The position numbers were made by a program, and so were the translations under genes. The notes under the pieces were generated by a model. It saw nothing but the letters and a program-made list of their open reading frames with translations, searched no databases and was not told where the DNA came from. Below, in pieces: positions 24,940 through 36,875 of a stretch of DNA of 64,000 bases (positions are counted from its first letter, which is position 1; every line of letters starts with the position of its first letter). This stretch comes from Styela clava (taxonomy: Eukaryota). The stretch spans positions 4,030,001 through 4,094,000 of the forward strand of contig NC_135250.1 in assembly GCF_964204865.1 (NCBI RefSeq), read 5' to 3'.

Positions 24940-25950
24940 ATGAAGTTCGGCACTGTCCTTGTATCTCTGATTTTGTTTACCCTGATACCCTGGTAAGATT
25001 AGATTACTGCCCCACCCTTTTCTGTTTAACCCAACTTGTCCAAAACTAAACAGACTAAAAGAAAGCCGAGTAGAGAATTGGTGACGTGAAAATATCAGGA
25101 TAGTGCAAAAAATACAATTCTAGACCAAAACAAACCACGGGACGTTTTTGACACAATATATATATCTTTTACTTTTTGGCTAACGCTCTTCGTGGTCGAA
25201 GCTTTTACCGTATATCTCCAAAGTAACCCGTGCGAGATGAATTGCCCTCAGAGATACTTTTTTGTTTTACTCCCCACCTAAATAGCTGCAACTTCACAAG
25301 CGATTCGCTATGCGATGATTCGCTAGTATTGTGATCATTCAGCAATACGAAAGCTATGTTTATTTACCTCGCGCGACTGAACACATTACTTCTATGAGCG
25401 GATATGTGAGGAGTGAACAAAAGACTGACGCACTGAACGAACGAAGGGACCATACGTATCGCCGCCTTAATATAATTATCGAAGATGAGTAAAACGCACT
25501 GGTATTTTAGTATGAAAGAAGACGTGAAAATCCGGTAACAGGGCTGCCACCCTCGATAAAGTCGACTGAAAACAATGAAATAAAAAACAATTACAACAAA
25601 CGATTAGTAGCCCCAAAACAGAAACCCAGCAATTTAGAACATAATCCAAAGAGAACATAACTATTGTGAGAAGCGTCCTTGATTAAACTTTTGGGTACAA
25701 TTATACACAGAACATAATAAGTTTAAGTGTTAAATAAATTTTCTTTATTTTCGTAGAGGTAATTAAAGGTTTTTTCGGTCACTCTGCTTTATGCGAAAAG
25801 GCAAGTATACGTCGACGAAGCCATCTGGCAAAACCAGAATTCGCACGTTTAAATAAACAAAACAAAAACTCCGACTCATCAAAATCTAAAAACACAAAGT
25901 ATAGTGATGAAGAATTTACTGGATCAGAAGACCGGATTGTTAATCCGTAA
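24940..25950 (+). other. Candidate small secreted-peptide gene or pseudogene; exon joining unresolved
   Basis: ATG at 24940 encodes MKFGTVLVSLILFTLIP, then a GTAAGA donor. An acceptor at 25757 is followed by about 63 open codons, TAA at 25948-25950 and AATAAA at 25960. Confidence 0.3.
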
Positions 25951-26283
25951 GGACAAAGGAATAAAGTTTTTTTTCGACGTACGGGAAATCTTTTTTGAAA
26001 AAAGTAGTTAATTTTTTCAAAAGGCCACATTATTTGTTACATTTTAGTTGTGATTCGATGGTGGCTGACATTGATTAACCGGAGATAAAAAATATTAATA
26101 CTATTTTAGTAATTCATAATTTAGATATTTCACTTTATCCAAATGCAGGGGGCCGTAGTTTGTCCATCCTTGTTCTAGTAGTCGATGATTTTATACAAAT
26201 TGGCTTAAAAAATAGTCCAAATCAGAATTAAAAGTACATAATCTTCCGATAGAAGCAAGTTGCAAGAGTAATGAAACAAATGA

Positions 26284-27915
26284 TCACTTCTTCGTAAGAT
26301 AGTAATAATGTTCTCTCGCTACTGGTTTCGGTACACCACGGAGGTATCTCTCTCTGTCAACGTCAAGTATAGGTTTTATATTGAATATATCCCCAAACGC
26401 ATCGACAACCATTACAGGTGAATTTGCATACGTTGGCGGTTTTGGATCCATATATCCATTGAAGTCAAACGCACATAACAGATAGTTGACGTCCCTTGTC
26501 GTCTTTTTATTGATGACATCAGCATATTTTCTTCTCTCTTCGGGTTTTATTGCGATAACGCTCCCGTAGTCAAAAACTGCGTCGCATTTTTCGAATGAAG
26601 CACTCGGTAAATTGAAAAAGTCGCCGACGTATAACATGATATTACAGCCCGCTGTTGTCGATTGCAGGATCTAAAAGAACGGAAAATATTGTTAGTCAAA
26701 TTCTATAATTTCAATTTTGTAACGTACATGCACTCCATGAAAATTCTTGTGTGCGCAAATAATGACGAATCGCCGTGAAATACAGGCTAAATATTTTTGC
26801 GTATGTCTGATTTTGGATATGTCCCTACCAATTTCAAGAGAAAAATGTCGTTCTAAAATGTTACGTAAGTAATGTTAGGATAGAATTTTACATATTTATC
26901 CTGGGAGAGGAAAGTCGATAAGACGGCTTATTCATATGGCGAACGACGGCCTCTCGTTCGGTTACCAGTCCATATTGGGTATGGGATTAGGTAGCCAGGT
27001 ATTTGTTTTGGGAGCATGGACTTGATGGCGGAGGAAGCCGTAAACCCGTAACCCACCAGCGTTTACGTTAACCACCCCACGGCGGCGAGGGGTCCATCAA
27101 TCCTCTCACCCATAACTATCCCCGCCTGGAATTCGAACCGCTAGTACGAGGATGTTGGTAAATATTTTCTGCCATTTTATACCACTGACTAGTTATGCTA
27201 CTTAGCAATAATTATCTCAGGATCGTGACTAAAACATCGTCCATTTAGGTCTGCATGAAATCATCACAAATAACGCTAACTTTGTTCTTGAAACAATCGC
27301 CACAAATAAGGGCTATAAAGTCGGAGAAAGTTTGCAACTAAATCCGGGTTAAAAATAATTTGTTGACTCCGACGTCTAAAATTCGGACTCCATAGCCCCG
27401 ACCAGTATTCCCCAGCTTTCTATTTTACGAGGGAGGGGGTTCAAGTCTATGAATCAGTTTAAAAATATACATTTTACTTACGTTAAGTATTGAAGCAAGG
27501 TGTCACACATGAAAATTAAGAGGGGGATGGTGTTTGAAATTTTAGACGGGAAGTCACTGGGCCCCCGACATAAACTCACCTTGAAACTGCCGTCGTTTTT
27601 AACGACGAAAGTCATGCCATGCTCATTAAAAAAATCAGTCAATGCTTTCTCGGAGCAATCCACGCCAATGACGGTATGGCCTTTATCAGCTACCCATTTC
27701 ATATCGTATGATTTCCCACATAACGGAAAAAGCACTCGGTATTTTTTATCCGGTATCGGAAACAGCATTTTTTCACGCTTCAATAATTCGGGGTTGAATT
27801 CATTGAGCTGGAACGGAATAACCGGGGCAGAATTCCAAAATTTCTTCCAATGATCTGTTGTCCAATCGTGGTCCGTGATCATTGGAAGGTCAAGCTTATC
27901 TGTGGATACTGACAT
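26284..27915 (-). CDS. TPMT: TPMT-family methyltransferase, copy 2; 2 exons, about 240 aa
   Basis: Exons 27915-27580 and 26670-26284, phase 0, same intron position as copy 1. Motifs RVLFPLCGKSYDM, GHTVIGVDCSE, DAVFDYGSVIAIKP. Confidence 0.88.
26876..27139 (-). mobile_element. 5'-truncated tRNA-derived SINE in the TPMT copy 2 intron
   Basis: Minus strand begins with B-box GGTTCGAATTCC, has a GC-rich body, and ends in a TTCTATCCTAA tail that recurs at about 43298. Confidence 0.55.
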
Positions 27916-28554
27916 GGTACTAAAGTGAATAATTTACGATTATTTAAACACTGCAATAAAGGCTAAAAATAAACACCAACATTTCAAATGGGATTTGCAA
28001 ATCTTCAAACCCATATGCCGGTAAACTTAGCCTACGTATCAAGTTAATCATAGTACGTCACTGCAACCTATGCGTATCCGTGATAATGCGAGGCTTGTAA
28101 GTCTTTACTCATTACTGTGTCCAATCATCACTTTTTACCATTTAAAAAAAAATTGTAAGTGTAAAGACGAATTTATTTTATATTTCATAATCGACATATA
28201 TGTACCTCAAAAAATCTGTTTCCCAAACTGTTTCTCAGAAGGTCACTAAACTTGCCGTGCTGCCCCAAACTTACAGGATGTGTACAGGGATTTGCATCGT
28301 CGGCGTTTGTGTTTCAATTAGTGCTGAGCAACTTCGAACATTGACGATTTCAGTTAGCATCTTCTATGACGCTATAATGCCCGTTTCGTAGGTCGAAAAA
28401 GTGCCGTTGCGACCTATCTGTGTTCCGAAACGCCCAGCCCTAGTCACAAATAATAGTTCTTCACAATAATGATAGAGCTCTATTGGCCTTCACACTTTTG
28501 AAATGATGGCATCGTTTCTACAGTTTTTCGTCTGCGTTTCCAAAGCCTATTTAT

Positions 28555-31262
28555 TCCGTATCAGGTTGTGTAAAATGTCACAAACTGAATAGCAGATTTT
28601 ATTTGGGACAATTTACCTTCACTCATGGGTTTCGCTGCTGGCGTTTTAAAATTTTCCGTCGTCATTTCAGTACCCTATCTGCAATTTTAAGGAGGTTGGA
28701 ATCTTTGACTGTGCTTGAGTTTTCACTCATTTATATTAAATGACTCGAACTGGCGTACTCAACTATCTGCCGGAGGAACTGGACTCAATAATCGAGTCGC
28801 CAGTTGCTCAAGGTTTAAGGTTTTTAACACAGCTAATCGAATCTATCAAATGTTATCTTTAATAGCCCAAAAACCAATGCGATTTAGCTGCTAACGTTTT
28901 TAAATGCCGATGAAGACCGTATCTGTGCCCTATGGTATCATAAAACCTCAGTTTTGTAATGATATCATTTATAATTCATAATTAACTTCTTACCAGTCAT
29001 TTATAATTGTCCGGAAGTCGTATATTGGCAAAGTTCCCGAGAATTGAAAAATGTATGTTGCGTGCAAAATTAACCGAAATGCTTATTATTACGCCGAAGT
29101 CAGGCTGATTGATTTGGTTAATTAACAATAAAACTAGAAATAACTTTTACGATAAGTATGATATTGGCATGACGAATTTGCATAGGACAGCTCAATTATA
29201 GTATATAGAAAAACAAAAAAAATTGTTTAAGCAGCTATTTATTTTTACAATGAAGAACTTTTTTAGAGGCATATGTTGTATTACACAGAATATTACTTAA
29301 ATCAAATAGAACCTAAAAGATAAAAAAGGTATCGAAAAATTGAAAAGTAAGCTCTCATTTTATTCGTGATCCAATCTGACCTTCAAATTGTCTGCTTTTC
29401 AACGACCATATTGACGTATATCATTGTATATAATAACAAAACCAAATAAAAACAAGAAATACAATGAATCAAATGACCTTTGGTTTCATATTTTACTCTT
29501 TACGTTTAGTCTAGTATTAATTACAATAATTTGTTGTCTGGAAAATCAATCGCACAAAAACAATTATGTTAATAATAACGAAGATGCAGTTTCCCTCTAA
29601 GAAAATGTTACACTGAGCAAATGTTTATTTTACTGAGCATGAATATTTTAAGGCTGAGCAGAGTCTTAAATGATTTACAAACTATGTGAAATATTACATC
29701 AGTATAATATTTTATAAGAATGCGAACGAGATACACATTTAACTCGAAAACATGGAATGAGTATTCCAGCTAGGCGTTAGAAAATATGACGAGTCACGCT
29801 TTGAAATCGTACTGGCACAAGTGCGCGAAAATGAAATTCTATTGCGTAAATGGTCTGGTTGCAATGCGCACCTCAGATGGAACCTTGGCGAAAACTCTTT
29901 TGTCAATAAATACGAAGAAAATTTAGATAGACAGAATATTGAAAAAATCATTATGCGACAGCATGTCTGTAATGAGTCACTAAAATCCGTTTTGCCTGGT
30001 TTTAAATAATAATTTAAAATTTAAATAATTGTTGTGTAAATCCTTATATCAAAGAAGTTAAATTAGTCCTGAATTGTTGATGCGTGCCTTTTCCGATAAT
30101 AAATAATGTAAATAGAGTTTGATAAATAACAAATTTCCGCAACACAATAAACGCACAACGATTATTTAAATTTTAAATTATTATTTAAAACCAGGCAAAA
30201 ATGCCCAAGGATTTTAGTGGCTCATTACAACCATGCTGTCGAAAAATGTATTTTTTATTATTCTGTCGGACTAAATTTTCTGCGTATTTGTTGACAATAG
30301 AGTCTTCACTCTTCGCTATCATTAACATAATTATTTTTTGTGCGATTGATTTTCCAGAAAACAAATCAATGCAATTAATACTAGACTAAACGTAAAAAGT
30401 CGAACATGAGACCTAGTCTTTTTTTATTTTATTTGGTTTTGTAATTATATACGTCAATAGGGTCGCTTAAAGGTGGAAATTTGAATGTCAGACGAAATCA
30501 TGAATAAAATGCGTGCTTGCTATTCTGTCGAATATAACACATACCTTTAAAAAAGTTATTCGTTGTGAAAATAAATAGCTGTATGACAAATATTTTTGTT
30601 TTTCTAACGATTAACCCTATATATATATACGATAATTGAGCAGTCGTATGCGAATCAGTCATGCCAGTATCATATTTAATGTAACATTTGTTTCTAGTTT
30701 TTTGGTAATTAAAAAAAATCAATCACTATGACTTCGGCGTAATATTTAGCATTTCTGATAATTTTGCACGCAACATACATTTTTTTAATTCTCGGGAACT
30801 CTGCCAATAAATCGACTTTCGGACAATTTCATAAAGGATAGGTAAGATGTTAATTATGAAACATAAATGATTTTGTTACAAGACTGACTATGGTTTTATG
30901 ATATCATAAGGTACAGATGCGGTCTTCATTTAAAAGCGTTAGCAGCTAAATCGCATTGGATTTTGGGCTATTAAAAATACCATTTGAAGGATGCGATTAG
31001 CCGTGTTGTGTTAAAGTCCGTGAACCGTGAGTCTCGATTCAAGTATCTCTGGCGGATAGTTGAGTATGCGAGTCCGAGTCATTTAATACAGATGAGTGGC
31101 AACCGAGTCAAAGATTTCAACTTCCTTAAAATTGCAGATTAGGTACTGAAATGACAACGGACAATTTTTTTTGCGCCAGAAGCGCGACCCAGGACTAAAG
31201 GTAAATTGTCACAAATAATATGTGCTATTGAATTTGTTACATTTTACATAACTTGATACAAA
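28555..31262. repeat. Large diverged inverted repeat (palindrome): arms about 28555-30036 and 30154-31262, spacer about 117 bp
   Basis: Reverse-complement matches along the arms, e.g. 29990 TTTTGCCTGGTTTTAAATAATAATTTAAAATTTAAATAAT vs 30161-30200, and 28558 GTATCAGGTTGTGTAAAATGTCACAAA vs 31233-31259. Confidence 0.92.
29587..29887. mobile_element. About 300-bp hAT-like insertion present only in the left palindrome arm
   Basis: Arm alignment breaks at about 29586 and resumes at about 29888; ends CAGTTTCCCTCTAAG / CTCAGATGGAACCTTG are imperfect TIRs. Confidence 0.55.
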
Positions 31263-31491
31263 ATGGATGTTTCCCCTACCCTTCACACAAGAAAAATGTT
31301 CTCTATACTTTACCATTGCAAAATTCTTAACACTTATTTTGAGACTGGTATAATTAGTACTCCGAATTTTGTGTGGGCTTAGAACGGATTGAGGGCATTT
31401 ACGGTTAAAATGTTTCTACTTACGAAATTTTTTTACGAAGGGGCTTCAGAATGGAATTACTTTTCGCGGGTAGAGTCTCTACTGTACTTTT

Positions 31492-31601
31492 GAAGCTCCA
31501 GAAGTATGTGCACCAAGATGGCGCACAACCTGAACATGGTATGTGTACCAGGTTAGGGTTCAGGTTGTGCGCCATCTTGGTTTAAATACTTCGGGAGCGC
31601 C
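31492..31601. mobile_element. Merlin-like MITE, short hairpin subfamily
   Basis: Hairpin with CAAGATGGCG; TSD GTACTTTT / GTAGTTTT. Confidence 0.75.
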
Positions 31602-32954
31602 GTAGTTTTCTTGTTGAGGGGTCGCGAATATCTGTAAATGTTGATTTTACGAAAATGGGGGTCGCGAAAAAAAAGTTTGGCAACTACTGGCATAGACTGA
31701 CTGCCACATTGGTCGTTCTATTATTTATGTGTTTACTTATTATCTTTTTTTTTAAACGTTTTGTAACTTCGGAAAATCCCAACATTTTTTTTTATCTGTG
31801 ATTCTTTTCCTTCCATAGTGTTACCAAAGCCGTTTTATATTGGCTCTGGTGTTACCACAAAACGTTTTGTGAGGCAAAGAGACGAACAAATTTTGTGCTG
31901 CTGATAATCGAGTATTATTTCGCATTCATACACAAATATAGGAAACACGAAACTGATAAATAACAATCAATCAATCGTTTATTTGTCATCACAAAAACAA
32001 GTTCAAATAAAACCGTAAATAAATAGAATAAAACTGATGCAATGAATACCTCCTATACAGTAGGCTACTAATTATGTTATTTGTGTGACCGGAGTCGCGA
32101 CCTAAGAAGATCTTCAAGCAGCGACGCCTACATCGATGTTACAGGTTAGAATAAAAAGTAACATGAATGAGGGATAAAATATATAAATCCTAAGAATGAG
32201 TCAACGAATGATGCAAATACAGTTGCGACATTAGAAATATTTGAAATTATGATACATGGTTAAACATATTTATGGTTAAACTAGGAATATGTAAATTATA
32301 TTGGAATAAGTACTAATAAGCATGCGAATAAAAATCATAGAAAAGGCAAATTTGGCGTAATATACAACTAAAAACCAGGCAAGGCAAACCCTAACACAAA
32401 AATGTTTACTGCAGATGCAATTTGGAGGCTCATACAATCAATACAAAAATTGATAGAGTCTAATGAAAGTTACAAACAAACTATTATATCTAGATAATTT
32501 TGGCAATAAAGAGATAAAACGATCAAATCATTTAAAAAAAAAATAGCAAACGTAGATTGAAGGCAATAAATAAACTATCGTGCTCCACTCTAAACGATTT
32601 TGAATCAACTATCAATATAGCAGATATTCTCGGATTCCGACTCCTTGCACCTATTTTCGTCTGCGAAGCTTGGCTGTTGAGGAGTGGGCGGTCCTTCGAA
32701 ACGAAAACGAGCTATTGTTTTCAACCCTATTTGTATAAAAGAGTGTCCGAGCGGCTGCACAACATTTGAATTAGAAATCACTATTGTTAACTTATGGTTG
32801 TGTGGTCATTATTACAGAAATAAAAATGTAGTGTAAACTCGTAGAAATATCCATTGGGGTTCAACCGTGGCTCTTGTTTTATTTGCTTCCAAGATTACGG
32901 GTAAAAATTTGTTTTGACCTTCACAGATTTTTTAATGCCTTGACCCTAGTTACC

Positions 32955-34346
32955 ATGGCAGGACCGTTAGATAAGCAAGGCATCGTTGTGTTAGACCAAG
33001 TTTGGACTATGGAAGACTGGGATAAATTTTGGAATTCTGCAGCGGATATTCCGTTTCAGATCAATGATTTTAATCCAGAATTGTTAAAGCTCGAAAAAAT
33101 GCTTTTCCCCATACCAAATAAGAAATACCGGGTGCTTTTTCCACTATGTGGGAAGTCATATGATATGAAATGGGTAGCGGACAAAGGGCATGGTGTCATT
33201 GGCGTGGATTGCTCCGCGAAACCGTTGGAAGATTTCTTCAATGAACATGGCATAACATATGTCGAGAAGCAAGAAAGTAGTTGCCAGGTAAGTTGCTGTT
33301 GGGGTCGTGTAGTCTGTACACGAAGTGTCCTCCGGTATGGCTTGTTTCGCTACAATGTTGTTGTGAAAAATACAAAGATCGATGAAGCCATTAGAGAATA
33401 TTACTTTTATTTTGTTCAAACTGACTCTGAGTCGATCAAGACCCCATAAATTTGCTTTTTCATTTTTGTCTTATATTTCAGCATTGCCCCTTGAGTATTA
33501 TTACACAAGGTAAGCTTTGCTTAAGTATAGCATACCTGATGAATAAAAATACAATTTAAAAAAATAACAAGTTTAGTCACTATACGATGACATTATTTAA
33601 AATTAAATAAGTGTTTCGTTTATTTGTTTTATAGTTTCGGTTGTCATCGAGCTAACAGTGTCCTACTTGTCCCAAGGTCGTGAAAATTGGCATATAAGTG
33701 AACTATAGGCCTACCTGATTAAAATGAAGTATTGCAAATTACAATTTATATAAAATATTCCTAAATTTAAAAATTTGAATGGCGATAACATGCTTTAAGA
33801 TATACCGGTATCGATCCGATATTGTCACACCTATATTTCAAAATTCATTGCTGGGAATGAAATGAGTTTCATGACCAACGTAGGAACGAGATTTGACAAG
33901 TTATGCGTAAGAAATGAGTCAAATAGCTACATTTCTTGACAATCATTTTATGACTCTATTTTAGGTGCTGCAGTCGACAACTGAGGGCTGTAATATCACA
34001 TTGTACGCTGGGGACATTTTCAATCTACCAGATTCAGCATTCGAGAAATGCGACGCAGTTTTTGACTACGGGAGCGTAATTGCAATAAAACCAGAGGAGA
34101 GAAAAAAATATGCTGATGTCATGAACAAAACGACGTGACGTCAGCTATCTGTTATGCGCGTTTGATTTCAATGGATATATGGATCCAAAACCGCCAACGT
34201 ATCCAAATTCACCTGAAATGGTCACTGTTGCGTTTGGGGATATATTCAATATAAAACCTCTACTTGACGTAGACAGAGAGAGATACCTTCGTGGCGTACC
34301 TACACCTATAGCGAAAGAACTATATTACTATCTTACAAAGAAGTGA
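32955..34346 (+). pseudogene. TPMT: TPMT-family methyltransferase, copy 3, with a 5-nt deletion frameshift in exon 2
   Basis: Exons 32955-33287 and 33965-34346 closely match copy 2. Copy 2 reads AATAAAAAGACGACAAGGGACGTC where copy 3 reads AACAAAACGACGTGACGTC, giving an in-frame TGA at 34136-34138. The homologous C-terminus continues in another frame to TGA 34344-34346. Confidence 0.8.
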
Positions 34347-35449
34347 ATGTATATCCGTCTTGGTTGCTTCATCTGGTCAATTGCAACTTTTCCTCTGTCG
34401 GTACATTCACTTCCAGTTTAGAGTTGGATACATTTTGAGGGTCATCTGTATAAAATCATCACCCAGAATAAGGATGGGCTAATTATGGCACGAAGCACCA
34501 AAGCATTTTGTGCGCCTCCTGCTCTCGGAGAAAATCCCTTGCAACTAGACCTACATACAAATTTATATTACTACTAAAATAACTAAACATTGAATTATCA
34601 AAATGATATTATTTTTTTAATCTTCGCAATCTTCAATTTTAACTCCAACAATTTCAGTCACCATTAAATCAATTTGCAACCAAAACACACCATATATTTT
34701 ACTTGTGCTCGGTAGCTAAAATATCATTATATTTTGACTATTCGAATATATATTGGGATGAACTCTATATATGAATTTAAAAAAATCATGTAATATTTGA
34801 AGTGTATGATCCTGAAGCTAAAGTTGCAACGTAAGCTTCTGGTTGAGAGCGTTTTACTCATCTTCAATATATTAATGGTGGCAACGCGCAGTATGCCTGC
34901 CCGTATGTTTTGTGCGTTTATGCCACATTCAAAGTAAAATATATAAAAACTCATGATTTCCGCCTACCAGTGTAGTTGAATTTGCAAAGTGACTACTTTA
35001 GCATTTACTTGTTCATACAATGAGTTTACTCAACTTGATCCACAGCCCTTGAGTCCAAATCATGTGGAATGAATATTTTATGAATTTTTAATACCGGTGA
35101 ATGGAATTATCAATGTTCATTTGGCGATTTTTTCAACAACGTCTTGAAATACTTTTATTGATGTATATAGCTACTATACCGACTAACTCCATCATAACAT
35201 AACTGTGGAGGTACAGTTATGCTACAAACCAAATGTTACAAAATCTGAAGCAGCATATGCCAAAATCCAAGTTCCAGTAGTTTTAATAGCATAATCTTAT
35301 GTTGTAATTAAGGGATTATGTTAATCAGCTATTGCAACTGTGTTGTTTTTATACTCTTGTTATTTCACCATAACAGTGTTGTGTCATACTGACCCGTTTC
35401 ATATTATTAGTTCATTTTATTTAAATATTTGTAATATGCTTTCTTTTCT

Positions 35450-35730
35450 ATTTTCTGCATAAATTGCCTCATTGTAGTTTTGTACCATGGTGACTTAAAT
35501 TTCTATAATTGAGTGACTTCTATATTCTGCACGAATTGCTTTATTTTAGTATTGTGTGACTACATAATTTAGTGACTTTCAAATTCTGTGTGAACTTCCT
35601 TATTGAACAGTTGTGACTTCTATATTCTGCATGAATTGCCTGATTGCAATACAGAACCGTTGTGGCCTCAAATTTCTGTAAATTAGTGATTTTTATTACT
35701 GTATCTTCTGCAAGAATTGAGTATTTGTAA
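35450..35730. repeat. Degenerate tandem repeat (GTGACTTCTATATTCTGCAyGAATTGC core)
   Basis: About five irregularly spaced copies of the core. Confidence 0.6.
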
Positions 35731-36132
35731 CGTACTGTAATTACCTGGTTTAGTGACCTTTTAATATAGATACATTTTATTCATATTTTCTTCATGTATC
35801 AATTCGTCACCAGCCTTCAGGAATCACAGAACCATGCATCCCTCAAACTTTGCAACCCAGCTTGCCCTATCCGGCCCCAGTTACATTACTGTTACCCTTA
35901 AACATACTTATGCCAGAAACAATGTTAATATTTCAGCGTAAGCTCTTCACTTTAATTAGATTTTTCACTTTGTCTTTTTACTCTTGTATGACCACAATGT
36001 TAGACTTTTCATATGTGTCACCGCTGCCAGTAATGCATTTTTTCTCCTCTTACCTCGTTCTGTATGCACAGTGTGTATTTCTAATATGGTGATAAAATAA
36101 ACTACCGATTACCTCTGTATTAGTCTTTCGTT

Positions 36133-36437
36133 CGCATATGTGTTATTCCTAATATGTGTCGCATATGTGTTATTCCTAATATGTGTTGCATATGTGTTAA
36201 TCCTAACCCCCACATGACTATGTCACCAAAAAATTACTTCATTACGACGCCACAATAGCGTAAAGAATACCTCCAAAGTGTACCGATGGTATGAGAGACT
36301 GCTGGCGTTAATGAGAACGGTATCGTCGGCGCAGATGCCATCTCGGACGATGATAGCTATACTTGCCAAGCTCTGTAACGTGATTGTGACGTAATTTTGG
36401 ATGACATAGTCAGGCAGGGCTAGGAATAACACATACA
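36133..36437. mobile_element. MITE-like element with about 50-bp TIRs and a triplicated 27-bp left end
   Basis: CGCATATGTGTTATTCCTAATATGTGT occurs about three times; ATGTGTTAATCCTAACCC..TGACTATGTCA is the reverse complement of TGACATAGTCA..GGGCTAGGAATAACACAT. Confidence 0.65.
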
Positions 36438-36875
36438 AAATTTGTTATGCTACGCCTACCACAAGTACTTGTGGTACTAAACTATACTAGACCCCAAAAT
36501 TTAAAGAGATTCCACAGATAATTACATTGAACAAATTCAAATAATTTATACTGATATATGTGATTACTTAGCAGAAATGTTTCATTTCATGGCAAAGGTA
36601 CACATTGAAGATATAACTGACATTAATTTACTTTGATTTCCCAAGTTAAGAAAACAATCAATCATATTAAATTTGAAAAGAGTAAGAGTACTGCATAATA
36701 TTTTTACCACTATGACTAAAATACACTCTGATGCGATTTCTGCTCTTCTGAGACTGGATATGCCTCATTTCTCTCTTTTTTCATAGCTTTTATATTCATA
36801 TATAAATATATTTACTGTATCAACCCTCATTTCTGTATTTAGATTCTATGAATTTTACAAAAATAAAACAACAAC

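Noticed and set aside
27500-33253. Similar antisense ORFs MPCSLKKS..THFISYDFPH in TPMT copies 2 and 3
   Set aside because: The similarity follows from the duplicated sense-strand exon.
34136-34138. In-frame TGA in TPMT copy 3 as possible selenocysteine or readthrough
   Set aside because: It results from a 5-nt deletion, and the conserved downstream sequence is in a different frame, so readthrough would not restore the protein.
35450-36210. Repeat-spacer-like arrays as CRISPR
   Set aside because: Eukaryotic context, degenerate repeats, irregular or absent spacers, no cas genes.
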